From: Trichoplax sp. H2
Taxonomy: Eukaryota
Direction of reading: 5' to 3'
DNA length: 64,000 bases
NCBI GenBank assembly: GCA_003344405.1
Contig: NOWV01000020.1
Span: 248,001-312,000, forward strand
This document shows, one piece after another, positions 1 through 13,700 of the stretch. Position 1 is the stretch's first letter. Every line of letters starts with the position of its first letter. A program made the position numbers and the translations under genes. The notes under the pieces are model-generated. The model did no database searches and was not told the origin of the DNA. It was given only the letters and a program-made list of their open reading frames with translations.

Positions 1-1935
1 ATTCTCGTATAGGCTATGATTAGTAGTTAACATCGCTATTAGCTATACTCACGTAATCCAAAGAGTTATTTTACTGCTGGTGCAACGAAGGATAGGTAAC
101 CGGTGCTGAAGCCATAGCTGTGATATTACAAACGCATGCCAGTATTAAAATTTTACTCTTATTATTTTTGCTTACGCGAAGTATTACGAGCTTGACATTC
201 TACTAGACAGAATTTAAAGAGAATTACCTAAACATAAAATATGATGGCATTATATATATGACTTATTTAAGAGTCGTCTACGATTGAATTGTGTTGGCAT
301 GTTGTATACTGTGTACACTACTGTAAATATTAAACTGCAGTATTTACTCGTATAATGTATACTGTAGGTTATAAAACGTGGGATGGAGGTCTCGTTTTGG
401 ATATCTCTAGTAGCGCCTTCCAAATTATTATACAATTATAATCAAATGACCGGAACATCAGTGTTCTCTACAATCTACTGTATATACTCATAACATCCAT
501 CCAATGCAAAGGCAAGAACGGCGTAGCGCTTATCCATCTTGAGCAGAGACTTAAAAGAGACTTTAGTTTCTGTTTTAGACCGGAAGATAGCCCTCTAAAC
601 TTTTCCCGATATGCTATGCTGTCAATGAATTAATTAACGAATTAATTATAATTATCATCATCAATCAATGTTATTGTTGATAATGTAGTCATAATGATCA
701 TTAACTATCCAATTAAATTAAAGTATATAACAATATCCTATTACTACTGTAGCTGCTGCTTTATTTTGTTTGTCAATGGTGCCAGTCGAGTATATGATCG
801 TTTGTCTTGTTATCAATGCAATTATTGATCTAAGTTAAATTGTATAATTTAATGACTATATAGCATAGAATGGCTTATCCGACATTATTCGTCGTCTTGA
901 CTAACAATTTGGTCCTCCTATTTATCAATTTTTTATTGATCTTCTATTTTTTTGGAAAGTACTTGATAGCTAAGCGTTCTTTATGTTAGTATCATTGTTC
1001 TGCCTTGTCAATAATGACCAAGGAGAGGAAAAAAGAAATTTTAATTGCATGAGAATATTCATAACAATGTCTATTGTACGCTTGGATCTGTTTATATCGA
1101 CGTTGGTAGAGAGTCCATTAAGACTTTTGACCTTTCTTAACTACTGTAAAGGCATTTTTTTCTTTTCGGTTATGATGACTCCGATTATAAAATTCTACTA
1201 CTTATTGTATAAAGCCTCTAGTTAGTTGCAATCCCTTGATCAATAGCATAGGAATACATAAATACATAATCTGCCATCTTTATCTATATAAGACCTATCT
1301 ACAAATTGAAGTAGTCTGATACCAACAATTTATTGCGTTGGATGAGAGAAAGGCAGGAAAAAAAAATTCATCGACTAGAACAGCGTCAAAGATTGTAGGT
1401 AAGTTTAGTATAAATATATCATTGACGGCCATTTTTCAACTTTCCACAATGGAATATCTTTTCTTCTTTTTATTAACTTGGTCTTATCTACACATTAATT
1501 GCTATTTATTACTTTTTTATCTAGTCAAAATCTCACCCGTCAAGATTTCTCATGTTGACATTGTCTCATCGATTTAGTCATCTTATGTAAAGAAACTGTT
1601 GTGAGCAAAAGAAGGAAGGTTGGAGAAATCAAAACATGACAAGAAATTGATCACTAAAAGAAAATAGAATCTCACCTTAATTAATCATCGTCTATCTGTC
1701 AACAAGAAAGATTTTTAGTTGAACAAAAAAGATCCAATAAGTCTTGGATAATTTATATAATAATTCATCTTTCAACTAGATTAACGTTTCAATTCTATTT
1801 ACGATCTTAGATAAAGGATATCTACGGCTATCCTTTATTTGTTGGTGTATACTTTAAGGCAGTAGTGAAACTGTAAATTAAACTTACAATTTTCATTTTA
1901 ATTACAATCGATTGCGACAATCAGCCATTATTATC

Positions 1936-4900
1936 ATGCCAAGATCAAGTAGCCCTACTAAACAACAATTTCCCGATACTGGGCTATCTCTACCACCGAT
2001 CGCAGCGACAAATCATGGCGTTAACTTAGTAGAGAAAAGCGAACCATCTATTCGAAGCCATAATTCGAAAGAGGCTGGTTTAAGCAATGGTGTGAAATCG
2101 ATGCCTAGTAGTCCAGTTAGTAAAAGTAGAAATTTCCATCCTGGTCCACCTGCTTCACCACGCTCAATTAAGACATCACCACGCTCTAATAAGACATCGC
2201 CACGCTCTAATAAGTCATCACCTCGTCAGAATCTTAGCATGTTAACTGTTGATATGAATGCAGCTTCTATCTATCGTTTAAGTCGTTCATCGCCATCATC
2301 GCCAACAGGAACAAGACGAACTATCAACATGGATGAGAATGATGATGATCATTATCATCATGCAAAAGAAAGCGATGATTGCTATCAAGAAGATAATCGA
2401 GATATTCGATCGTCAGTTAGTCTATCACGAAAACTCCATGATATCCAACAGAAAATGAATCAGAACGATAGTCAATACTACCCACGGCAACGGCCCGTAA
2501 CAGTCGATCCATCAGAAGATATGGCTGCTAAAGTGAGGATGTCTAAATCCACTCCAACATCACCAACTTCATCTAGAAAATCTTTAATTGATGCAGCTAG
2601 AAAGTCTTCATGGTTAAAACAAGAAGAAGAAAACATTCAACGTATACATTATTATATGAATGAAAATGGCCAAAATCAGTAAGTATTCATATCCTCTTTT
2701 TATTCACTTAATTCGTCGGTTTTGATCAATTTAATTGGGATATTATCTGGATAGAGAGATATTCATTGCCGCTCTATAGTAGGTTAATCAATGATTTTGA
2801 ATCAACAAAGAATCCATACAGAGGATAACAACTCTACTAATGATTGTGGATTCAATAGCTATCAACAACTTTTTATTACAAGTTCATATGTTGTAATTAA
2901 ATACGCCTTGTTGATATTGTTCGAGATTTCCTTCTTTATAATGCATACCGAATATTAAACACGACGTTAAAATGTCATGGGAAAGCCAACACATGATTTA
3001 GTTGTTATTGACATTGAAAACATTACGTTTAATCTTGGTGGCGATGTCGACGATTCTTTTACAGTCCAAGATGAGAACTGGTTGTTACAGATATGGTGTT
3101 GTTACAGCTCGAATAACAGCATTTTTTGATTTTTAAACTGCAGTCAACTTGGACTTGCTATCCTGCTTATTACAAATATAGTGATTTTGAAATACTCGTT
3201 TAATAGAACTATTTAATTTTTTATCATTTCCTATGATAATAGATTCTCATTACCCTTGGAATAGTTATCTTCCCTATTTAATTTCTCTATAAATGGAAAA
3301 CATACTTTGAAGTGTAATAGACCTTTCTGTTTCTTTCCTATTCTTATCCACACAGACTCACAGAGTACTCTACAGTAAAGTATACTAGGACTACCTATTT
3401 TTTCCCCATCCCACTAGTTTAAAGCATAGTAGAACTATCCAATTTTTGTATGTTGTGGAGACATTTCCATGTTCCGTAGTCACTGGCGATATCAAGTTGC
3501 TGTTTGTAAAGGCGTACAAGAATTCCAATTGAAAGAGAAAGGGTTTCTACTGTCGACTATTTTACCATATCATAAGATTGTTCACTGGCTCCTAATAGAG
3601 AAATCGATGTTTCATTCGATATCTTTTTATCGTGTTGGATAAAAATGGGAATGAAATTCTATCGTACTTGGAAAATTAGTTATTAGTGGCGTTCGTGATA
3701 TGCACTATTAGGAGATTATAATTATATATGCTGTGCTAGAACGTAAACATCGTCGATTTTAGTGGATAAAGTAGTACAGGCAATGATGGATTGGATCATT
3801 ATCCCATCATCTTCATCCACGATGACTGGGTGTCTTATGGTACTTTAGCTTGTTACTCGAGCTTCAGCAATGATTGTAATAACGATTTGATAATTATCCT
3901 CCCATCTATTTCATCGATTACGTAGTTAGCTCTTACCTGACTGAGTCGATATTCGCTATTCGGTATGATAACTATTCCATCATCTTTACCGATAGAATAG
4001 ACAGGGTAAATTCGACCCTTACTAGAGTTTGATAATCAATCCCTCTTCCCTCTATTCTATCGACTATAAAGTTAGCAGTTACATGAATTAGTTTACCCCT
4101 TTCTAGATAATTATTCCATCATCTACTTTACCATAGAATAAACAGAGTAAATTCGGCCCCTTACTAGGCTTTGATAATTATAATTCATCAATTCATTATT
4201 CTTCCGTCTATTTTGCAGATTCCAAAGTCAGCATTTCATGAGCTAGTTGATATTCGTCTATTCAGTTTGATAATTAATTATTCAATCATCTACTTTACCG
4301 ATGAAATGGATAGAGTAAATTCGACCCTTACTACAACTACTGGTATCACGCAGTTTAATTAAGCTAAGGCATAATATGGCAAGTTTGTAGTCAATAAACA
4401 GATGGGTAGGATAAGAACGACTACTTTTACTATGTCTGATTACGAATAATGTTATAACAAACTTTGCAGCTTAAATTCAAGTATATTTACATTCTATACC
4501 GGTATAGATTTAGTATCGGTAAAATAAAATAGCTAGATTATCGAGTATTTATTTCTTTCCATTCGCTGGCACTCGAGCTATATCCCTTATCCCTTATTTT
4601 AGTTGGGTTGAATAGAACTAGTATAATATGGATAGAATAGCAATAAGAAATAGCATGATTTGAATTTTATTGGATGTAATGGCAGTTCAAATCACTAGAA
4701 TTAGAATGAATTAATATCATAGATGATAATATGAATTTAACCACTGCAAAATCAAGATGTTCGCATACAAGTAAGTAATATCGTTACTAGGCATTCAATT
4801 ATGATTATTTCTCATCATTAGATTGTCAGTAAGAGATGAATTAAGAAGGGAATACGAAGAATATCAAGCATTATATGGAAATACCCAATCAGAAAAAGGT

Positions 4901-5941
4901 GAACTAACTAGTGATGATAATAAGGAATCGTCAGATAATGAAAAATCTCCTCTTGATCAGCCACAATTGGCTGCAAGTCAAGGCGTTCAATATTACATCG
5001 CTACTAAAAGATACCTTGGACACCGAGAAAATACATCTCTACCATTCGATAATTGGCTATCGGTTAAAAATACTCAAAAGATTCAGGAAGCTAATGTGGC
5101 TAGGAAAGAAAAGCAACAGCAAATGTTAAAGAAGCAAGAAGAGGAAGAGAAGAGAAAACAAATTGCGCAAAAATTTTTCAATAAGTGGAAAACTAAAAAG
5201 GATCAAGAATATAAAGAGCAAAAACGCAAGGAACAACAAATGCAACAAGAAGAGCAAGAGTTCAGAAAAGAATTAAAAGAATTGAAAAAGCAACGGGTAC
5301 CTACTTTTGCCAAATGGGTAGATGTTAAAATGGAGGAGACGAAGAAAATTAAGCAAGAAGAAGAGCGAAAGCGTTTCGAGGAAGAAATGGAAAGGCGTCG
5401 GGTGATACAGTCACGATTTAGTCAAGCACCTTCTTTTGAATCGTGGATGAATAAGAAATCTCAATCAGAAAGTAAAGAGCGAGAAATGCTAGCAAGAGCT
5501 CAAGAAATGGAAGAAGAAAGAAGAAGAAAAGAACGAGAGAAGCGAATCGCTAAATCACCCTCTTTTCAATCTTGGCGTAAAAAGAAAAGGGAAGAAGAAG
5601 AGCACCAAAAAGAGCTTGCTAGGAAAGCGATGCAGGCAGAAATGTCCAAGTTAAACAAGATAAAAAATGAAAGATTTAAAGGTGTTCCATCCTTTGAAGA
5701 TTGGTTAGAAGCTAAAGCTAAGCAAATGACATTAGATAACTACGACAGCATGATGGAAGGGCGCGAACAACAAGGAAGTCTAGAACAGGAGAAAAAACGT
5801 ATGGAAAATTTATCCTTCGATATGTGGTTAGAAGAAAAGAGGAATCAGGGATTGATACCTACAGCACCTGCAACATCATCAAAGCATAAACTAGTTAAAG
5901 CTAGAAGTTTAGGATCGATCTATCAGGCAGCGCAGAATTGA
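1936..5941 (+). CDS. Two-exon protein (~620 aa): Ser/Pro-rich disordered N-half plus a charged helical C-half with 7 FxxW repeats; CCDC34/CCDC181/MAP9-like
   Basis: Exon 1 1936-2678 (ATG CCA AGA; donor GTAAGT at 2679). Exon 2 4822-5941 (acceptor CATTAG ending 4821). The junction CA|A keeps frame. Repeats: PFDNW, FFNKW, TFAKW, SFESW, SFQSW, SFEDW, SFDMW, each followed by K/E/R-rich helix. Confidence 0.75.
3885..4335. repeat. Degenerate ~140-160 bp tandem repeat (about 3 copies) in the intron of the first gene
   Basis: Recurring 'TTTGATAAT...CTATT' near 3888, 4028 and 4170, and '(G)TAAATTCGRCCC(C)TTACTA' near 4006, 4147 and 4315. Confidence 0.7.
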
Positions 5942-7582
5942 TCAATGTATCTCGATTACAAGAGTCTAATTGGATGATAAAGTTGGTCTCTAATTGAGTG
6001 AATTAAAGACTGTACTGGATAAACTACAGTTATAACTTGAAAGGATTTTAGTTTTATTTAAAATTATCAACTTGATGTAAACTGGATTCTTTCTATTACC
6101 TAGATAACACATTTTATCTTGTTGATCCAATTATTTGTATATGTTGCCTTATCCATCTGTCCTAGATCGATCGAAGCCTTTTCTTGTACCGACTGTTTCT
6201 ATTCCTCAATAACGTTTAATAACGTACTATCCAACAACCAATTGGCAATTGATGGCCTGTAATCATTTTATCATAAGCATCAATTACGTTAGCTTAAAAC
6301 ACTCATTTGGCTTATAAATATTATCTTGGCAAGATTGAAATTTTGGTTTCTTAAAATACTAATTTATCATACGACTCTAACGGTTATGAAGTAGATAATG
6401 TTAATATGTAGCTAGATTTTGTATAACCCTTCTCAGTCATTGCCGATTAGATCTATATTATTTAATGTCTGTACTAATTTCTATTTGTTTACAAAAAAAA
6501 TGAAATTTTTATGTTAACTCTTTTCTCGTTATTAGCGTTACTGCATAATGGCTGGCCTTAATTAAGTATTAATATAACATTAGAGACTATTGATATTGAT
6601 ACTCATCATCTAACTTGAACTTGTGTCTATGTATCGTAATTATAATGGACGATAGCTAGTTGAATCATATTGTGGGGCATTGCTAGAACTCAATTTGAAA
6701 GAATATTTTTTATCCTATATCTATTTCTTTCTTGCACTGTAATTTACTATCATAACTTGGTTAGAGGTTAATTTCGTGTCACTTTTCCTTGGCTATAGCG
6801 TTCATCATCGGGCATAAAATATTCAAATGTATTTGGCTATTACTCTAATAGAGGAAAAATGAAATTAACTTTGCCCTGCATGATTATAGTGAACGTATTT
6901 TACCGCATTTAATCGACTGTATAGTATAGGACGACTTACGAATAATTAATTTATGTACAAAACTCGAATTTAATGTATATTTACTATCTACAAGTACGAT
7001 ATTGATTACCTATCATTCTCAATTCTGTTAATTGTACTTTTAAATCTACTGTGGATGGACTAATATTCTTAGAATAAAGGATACACCTATCGTAATTCGT
7101 TCAATATTGTGTGTAAATAATAACTTTCCATCTTTAGAATTCTTCTATAGAAGTAGAGATTAGGTAGACGACTTTTCGAATTGATTTTATTTAACTTTTA
7201 CTTCAAAGTTAATCTAGATCAGTTATTTAAATGCGTACTATTTCACTCCAACAGTTACTCTCCACTCTTTTATGGGTATGCAATAATACGGACTAAAAAT
7301 AAATAGAATCAGGCAATAATTGTAGGCGATCTATGATATAGACGAATACGTTATGGGGGCTCTTGAATACGGCAGAAAAACTTCGGTAAGGTCAGCATTT
7401 ATTAAAACGGTTTCAAAGAATTCTAGCTATCGGATATTTTGGATCTCGTTGTTAAGAAGAGATGGCTATATGATGGATCCGCAATATCTATTTATTTATA
7501 CATAGTCAATAATTCATCATGATAGGCAATTTACGATATAGACGAGTACAACATGGGCCCATTATTATTGATTAATTATATC

Positions 7583-7646
7583 TCACTATGATACAAAATT
7601 CGGCAACATATCATACTCCATGTTGCGGAATTTTATACCATAGTGA
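7583..7646. mobile_element. Short inverted-repeat (MITE-like/foldback) insertion
   Basis: Arm CACTATGATACAAAATTCGGCAACAT pairs with ATGTTGCGGAATTTTATACCATAGTG (23/26) around a 10-nt loop. The hairpin is present in only one of two related flanking copies (~7320-7390 vs ~7520-7680). Confidence 0.45.
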
Positions 7647-7929
7647 ATTATGAATGCGGTAGAAAGACTTTGGTTAGGCTGTAGTATATCTTTCTAAATA
7701 CAGCATAGTCTTGTTGTGTATTCAGTAAAGAAGCAGCTGGATTAAGCAAAAAGTAATCTCATAGTATATCACAAGTACAGCAGGCAATATCTTAGCATAT
7801 AATAGCATGCCAAAAGAAAGCCTATAATTCACTACAGTACACTATAAGTCTATTTTAAGTAAAAGTTCATTTTAGTAGCTAATATCATCAAGTCCGAGTA
7901 TCAAGTTACACTACTTTACTCAGGTGTTG

Positions 7930-9895
7930 CACAAATTCGAATTTCTACAGGTAGTTATGAATACTTTTATAATATTAGGGGCTAAAAGTCCTGACAGACA
8001 AATTTCTTTCCAACCTAGGCCACATTCTCTATAGTCGATATCGTCGAGTTTGTGTCTGAAGCGATTTATTACTCTGCTCGGATATTGTACAGATTACAAC
8101 AAGTAACTGTAGTTCTTAATACTTTTGATAATATAAGTATTAGGGGTTAAAAATTTCGCTGCCAAATTTCTTGTACTTGCTTCGGAATACTTTGAAACCT
8201 CGATGGCATTCATAATTATAAATACTTTGATAATACGAGTATTAGGGGTTGAAATTCCACTGCCAAATTTCTTCTACTTGCTTTGGAATATTTTGAAACC
8301 TCGATTGCATTCCTAGTTATAAATACTTTAATAATACGAGTATTAATATTGTACAAATTTGAATTTCCACATGCTCTTAGTCTGCTGTACTCGTTAACCA
8401 AGCTCTTTCCATATCCTCCTTCAATAAAGGATACAAATAAAAGACATTATCATCACTAAATCTTGTGCATCCTTTATGTGCCTACCACTTGACAACATTA
8501 CAGTGTAGTTACTAATATTGTAAATATTAGGGTTCAAATTCACGGCTGAGTGCGCTAAATATCTTCTAGGGTATCTGCTACTAGCTAGAAAGTTTTTACT
8601 GCATTCTCGACAGCCAAGACTATATTGCACAGATTTTGAATTTCTACAGGAAGTTATAAATAAATACTTTTGTAATGTTAGGGGCTACAACTCCCGGTAG
8701 CCAAATTTCTGCTACTTGCTTTGAAACCTTGTCTGCACTTCTCTACAGTCTACTGTCGAGTCTGAGTATGAAGTAATTTCATTGCACTACTCGAATATAA
8801 GCTATAGTACAGATTCCAATTTCTACAGGGAGTTATAAATACTTTTGTAATGTTAGGGGCTAAAACTCTCAGCTGCCAAATTTCTTCTACTTGCTTTGAA
8901 ACCTTGTCTGCACTTCTCTACAGTCTACCGTCGAGTCTGAGTATGAAGTGATTTTACTGTACTACTCGAATATAAGCTATAGCATATATTTGAATTTCTT
9001 CGGGTAGTTCTAAATACTTTTGTAATGTTAGGAGCTACAACTCTCGGCTACCAAATTTCTTCTACTTGCTTTGAAATCTTGACTCCACTTCTCTACAGTC
9101 TACCGTCGAGTTTGAGTATGAAGTGATTTCCTTGCACTACTCGAATATAAGCTATAGCACAGATTCCAATTTCTACTGGGAGTTCTAAATACTTTTGTAA
9201 TGTTAGGAGCTACAACTCTCGGCTGCCAAATTTCTTCTGCTTGCTTTGAAATCTTGAGCACTTCTCTACAGTCTACCGTCGAGTTTGAGTATGGAGTGAT
9301 TTCATTGCACTACTCGAATATAAGCTATAGCATAGATTCCAATTTCTACAGGTAGTTATAGTTATAAACTTTTGTAATGTTGTTAGGGGCTAAAATTCTC
9401 GACTGCTGAATTTCTTCTACTTGCTTTGAAATCTTGACTCCACTTCTCTACAACCTACCGTCGGGTTTGAGTATGGAGTGATTTCATTGCACTACTCGAA
9501 TATAAGCTATAGCATAGATTCCAATTTCTACAGGTAGTTATAGTTATAAACTTCTGTAACGTTGTTAGGGGCTAAAATTCTCGACTGCTGAATTTCTTCT
9601 ACTTGCTTTGAAATCTTGACTCCACTTCTTTCCAGTCTACCGTCGAGTCTGAGTATGGAGTGTTTCATTGTACTTCTCGAATATAGCACAGATTCGAATT
9701 TCTACGGGTAGTTATAAATACTTTTGTAATATTAGGGGCTATAACTTCCGGCTACCAGATTACTTTTGCTTGCTTTGATTCTCTATAGTCAATATTGCAC
9801 AGATCTGAATTTCTACAGGTGCAGTTACTATAAAACTATAAAATATTCGGGATTAAAACTGGCGGCTAAATTTTTATTTCACTTGCTTTGAAGCC
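7930..9895. repeat. ~175-bp tandem satellite array: 6-7 conserved units (8620-9780) with degenerate flanking units
   Basis: Anchor ACTTTTGTAATGTT at 8666, 8841, 9016, 9191, 9368, 9550 and 9720 (spacing 175, 175, 175, 177, 182, 170). Confidence 0.95.
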
Positions 9896-10790
9896 TTTAT
9901 TATTACGCAATTTTCAACAGTTAGTACTATAAAGTTTGTATAAGAAGAAGGCATTGAATACACATACAAGTGATGGTTTTTTATACACTTTCAGTTCTCC
10001 AACGAGAAGCTAAAACTCTCCAATTTGGAAAACGCTCGGCTATGTGCGCCATTTTCGTCTAGCGCTTTGCTAGGCGTCATTTTACCCAACTCTATATTGT
10101 TGGTAGTACCAGTACTGAAGAGCTAGGTCTGGCTATATGCTATACACCACGATACAACGATCGGTAAGCAAGCTATACAGTACTGTATCGACCGCGTGGT
10201 AGTATCAGTATGGTAGGTATCCTACTATACCAAGCTGTCGTGAGCCGAGGTCAGAGGAAAATTCCTGTATGATAATACATTTGTAGGTTGTTATTTTCTC
10301 TATAGTTTACTATACAAACCAGTCAAGCGTGTCAGTATCAAGATAGTATTGCAATTTCGTTATGCCTGGCTAAGCTAACTTGAGCTGTAGGTTAGTTTAC
10401 TTTGCAATTTGATGATTTCTAACGCTAGATTCCGCTTTATATCGTTGAAACTTTGCTATTAGTTCATTTAATTAGAGTAGAAAGTGACTATATTATTCAA
10501 TGGTTGTTTCCTGTGTTTAAACTACGTGTAAAATTGAGTTTTTTGTTGGCGTATCGATTGGTCGGCACTCAAGGGAAAAGCCATGACAGGATTATTTTAA
10601 GAAGAATCAATCCATCGGACTGGTAGACAAATTGGATTGGATTGGATTGCTATGAAATGTCTCTTCACTACTTGACGAATTGGAGTGGATATAACGCTGG
10701 AGTTATCAAAGTATAGAGACAATTTAAGCAATAGCAATAGTCGGCAGTAGTACTGGCTATTTCATTACTGTCAAGCATAAAATCAAGGTT

Positions 10791-13700
10791 ATGTCAGATT
10801 TTGGCCACTGCACGATCAACATGTCGCAATATAGCAAAAGTAGAAATATCAGTCAGTGTGTTATTGCAAGACGAAACGGTTTATTCAATCAACATGACCG
10901 CCATGCAATGGATCAATATGCGGAAGATTACGCTGCTCAATTCACTACTCATAAGGTAACGCTATGAATAACGACGATGCTTAATACTACTCTAGCTCAG
11001 CTTGAAGTGACGTCAGTTTTCTTCCCTGCTGATGTTGATGTTTCATAATTTTCCTACAAAAAGGCAATCGCTTTCGATAGTGAAATGGCATCGATTGGTG
11101 TCATTTAGTGCAAAGGAATTCATGCAATTGAATACCGAGTCCATTTGACAATAAGCTACACAGTATTTTTTCATTACAACAGCTAATTCTTGTCCAAACG
11201 TATGCATCTATTGAATGAAGTAGTAAGAATGATCAACGTACTTTAGCACGCAAGGATTAGCCATTTAACGACGATATGTTGTTAATATCGAGCTCATCGG
11301 ACAATATGTTACATGCACAGTATTTTTCATTACAACGGCCATGTACTTACGATCTAGTATGGTACTGACATGAAGTGATGATTGCATCTCACAGTCGAAA
11401 CATTTTTGTATGGATAATTGGTAATAGTATGTAAACATGGACGTATAGAGCTATAGATTCACAATTCTTTCGTACAATAGAACTTTTAAAAACTCTCCCT
11501 GTCGAGCGTTGATTCCTATTTCATGATTGAAATGAGCTACGGCAGACTGCAGTGATGGAGGCGTTATGTACAATTGTACATTGTAGATTTGCCAACTGTA
11601 AATTCAGCTTGCACACTAAAATTTCCTGCTTTAACATACTCTATACAATAGTCGCTAGCAAATTGCTGTAATATAGGATTTTTTATTCCATTGCTGTTTA
11701 CATGGCCAATGAAATTAGATGCGTCTAAATGCTTTGATAATTAATTTATAATTTATGCCTAAATACAGTATCTAGGATAATCAAGCTCTTACTCCATGAA
11801 GTTTTAATACAATTCTGCTAAATAATTCATTCTATAGCTCACTACTGAGGTATACTTTCGAATCATTGTCACCATACCGAAAATATAGACGCGCAGGGAG
11901 TTAATCTATTTTGCAGCTATACCATATACGAGTAATCGTATTGCATTAATATGTGGATCAATCATACTTTGCATAAATACCTTAAATTATTACAAAATGA
12001 TAGATTACAGGCATTGACACTATAATTACAGTATATTGAGTCGAAATGACGATAAATAGGAAATGTGATAAGGAGATCTTTGTTAGTAAGCTTGGAATGG
12101 AACCTCTGTAAAAGGTCTAGAGTGCCTTCGTAATGATATATTTGACAAGTATGAAAAATACTACACTTGCGCCCTTGATATAAAACTAGACCTGAAAACT
12201 TCCAACAGTTTATTGCTTGCTTTAATCATAACGATGTAAAACTAATAATAGTACGTCTAATGCGTTGATAACAATATTTGTTGAGATATTTTAAACACGA
12301 CAGTCTTCCTTAGAAGCCTATCGATTTATTACCTTCTTTATGTTGAATAAATTATGATACTATTGACAGTTTTTGATGTAGTGCTTCATATTTTATACGT
12401 TCCATATATTGGTTTAGGTAGCAAAATCTTTCATCTTGTATGAATGTTATCTACGTGTATCTAAACATTTGACTATCGTTTCGTTATTAATTAATTATGT
12501 ATAATGATTGAACTATTGATCATCGGATTAATTTAGAGCTGTGATCTTCCTGATACCTTGCGCACTACTTTCGTCATAGCATTCAGCTGCAACAAGTAAG
12601 TAAGAGCAAATATTTTGAAATAAGCAATGTTAACTATTATTTGAAATTGCCCTATATTACATAAGTAATTAACTCAGTCTAAAACGATGGTACTATACTG
12701 CTAAATATTGCTCTATATAGAGTAGAGCTAGTATCAATGATTTATGATTGATTGCAAAGTTATCACAGAAATATGTCGTAAGTTGTATAGCGAATTTAAA
12801 GAACAAAGCTTAGCGACTTTATAATTGTACAATAATTTAATTTGAACTTAGCCAGTGGATAGCATCAGCTCATGGAGACCATACAATAAGGATATGCGAT
12901 ATTCATACCGGCCAGTGCTTTCAAACGCTTTCAGGTCATCCTAGAACACCATGGACCCTGGCCTGGCATCCTAAAATGAATAACGTTTTGGCATCTGGTT
13001 GCTTAGGTGGTCAAATTCGTGTGTGGAATTTACAGGTGGGGTATAAGCAATGATTGTCTAATCATTTATTAATAGTCAAGGCAGTTGTTATTTCAGCTAT
13101 ATCCATTAAGTATGTATATATATACAATATTTAACTTAGTTTGGTATTATGCTAAAATAATATCAGTGGCAGTATTTGGTCTTATCCTAACTAATTTGCG
13201 TCGAGATACAATACGCGTATTTCTTGCAAATTGGACAATTCCAAATTTTTATATTCTCCGAATGCATATAAATCCTTTATTGTGTCATTAATTTATCATG
13301 TCTAAGTAATGCTTTATTTAATTTAATCCATGTTTAAACAATTAGGGTGGCAGCGAAACGTATTGTGTTGAGAATTCTGCCGTGATCAATTCGATTGCCT
13401 TCAGCCCTAAAGCAGCTTATACACTATTTATTACAACTGGCAATAAGCTGATGTTGTGGGATTGGCGAGAACCGGCTCCATGCATTTCCGTAGGTACTGC
13501 AAATCCAATCGAAAAAATTAGGTAATTAGTTTTTGGTTAGATGCAGTTTAAAAAAGTGCATTGTAACATATATTGTGATGATAAAATATCTTTATTATAA
13601 TGAAATAGTTACCCAATGTTTGCATCTCGTGCTGATATTTTGCTTATTTACTTTCATTGATTAGCAGATTGTTCTGAATCCATATCCTGTGATTTAAGCA

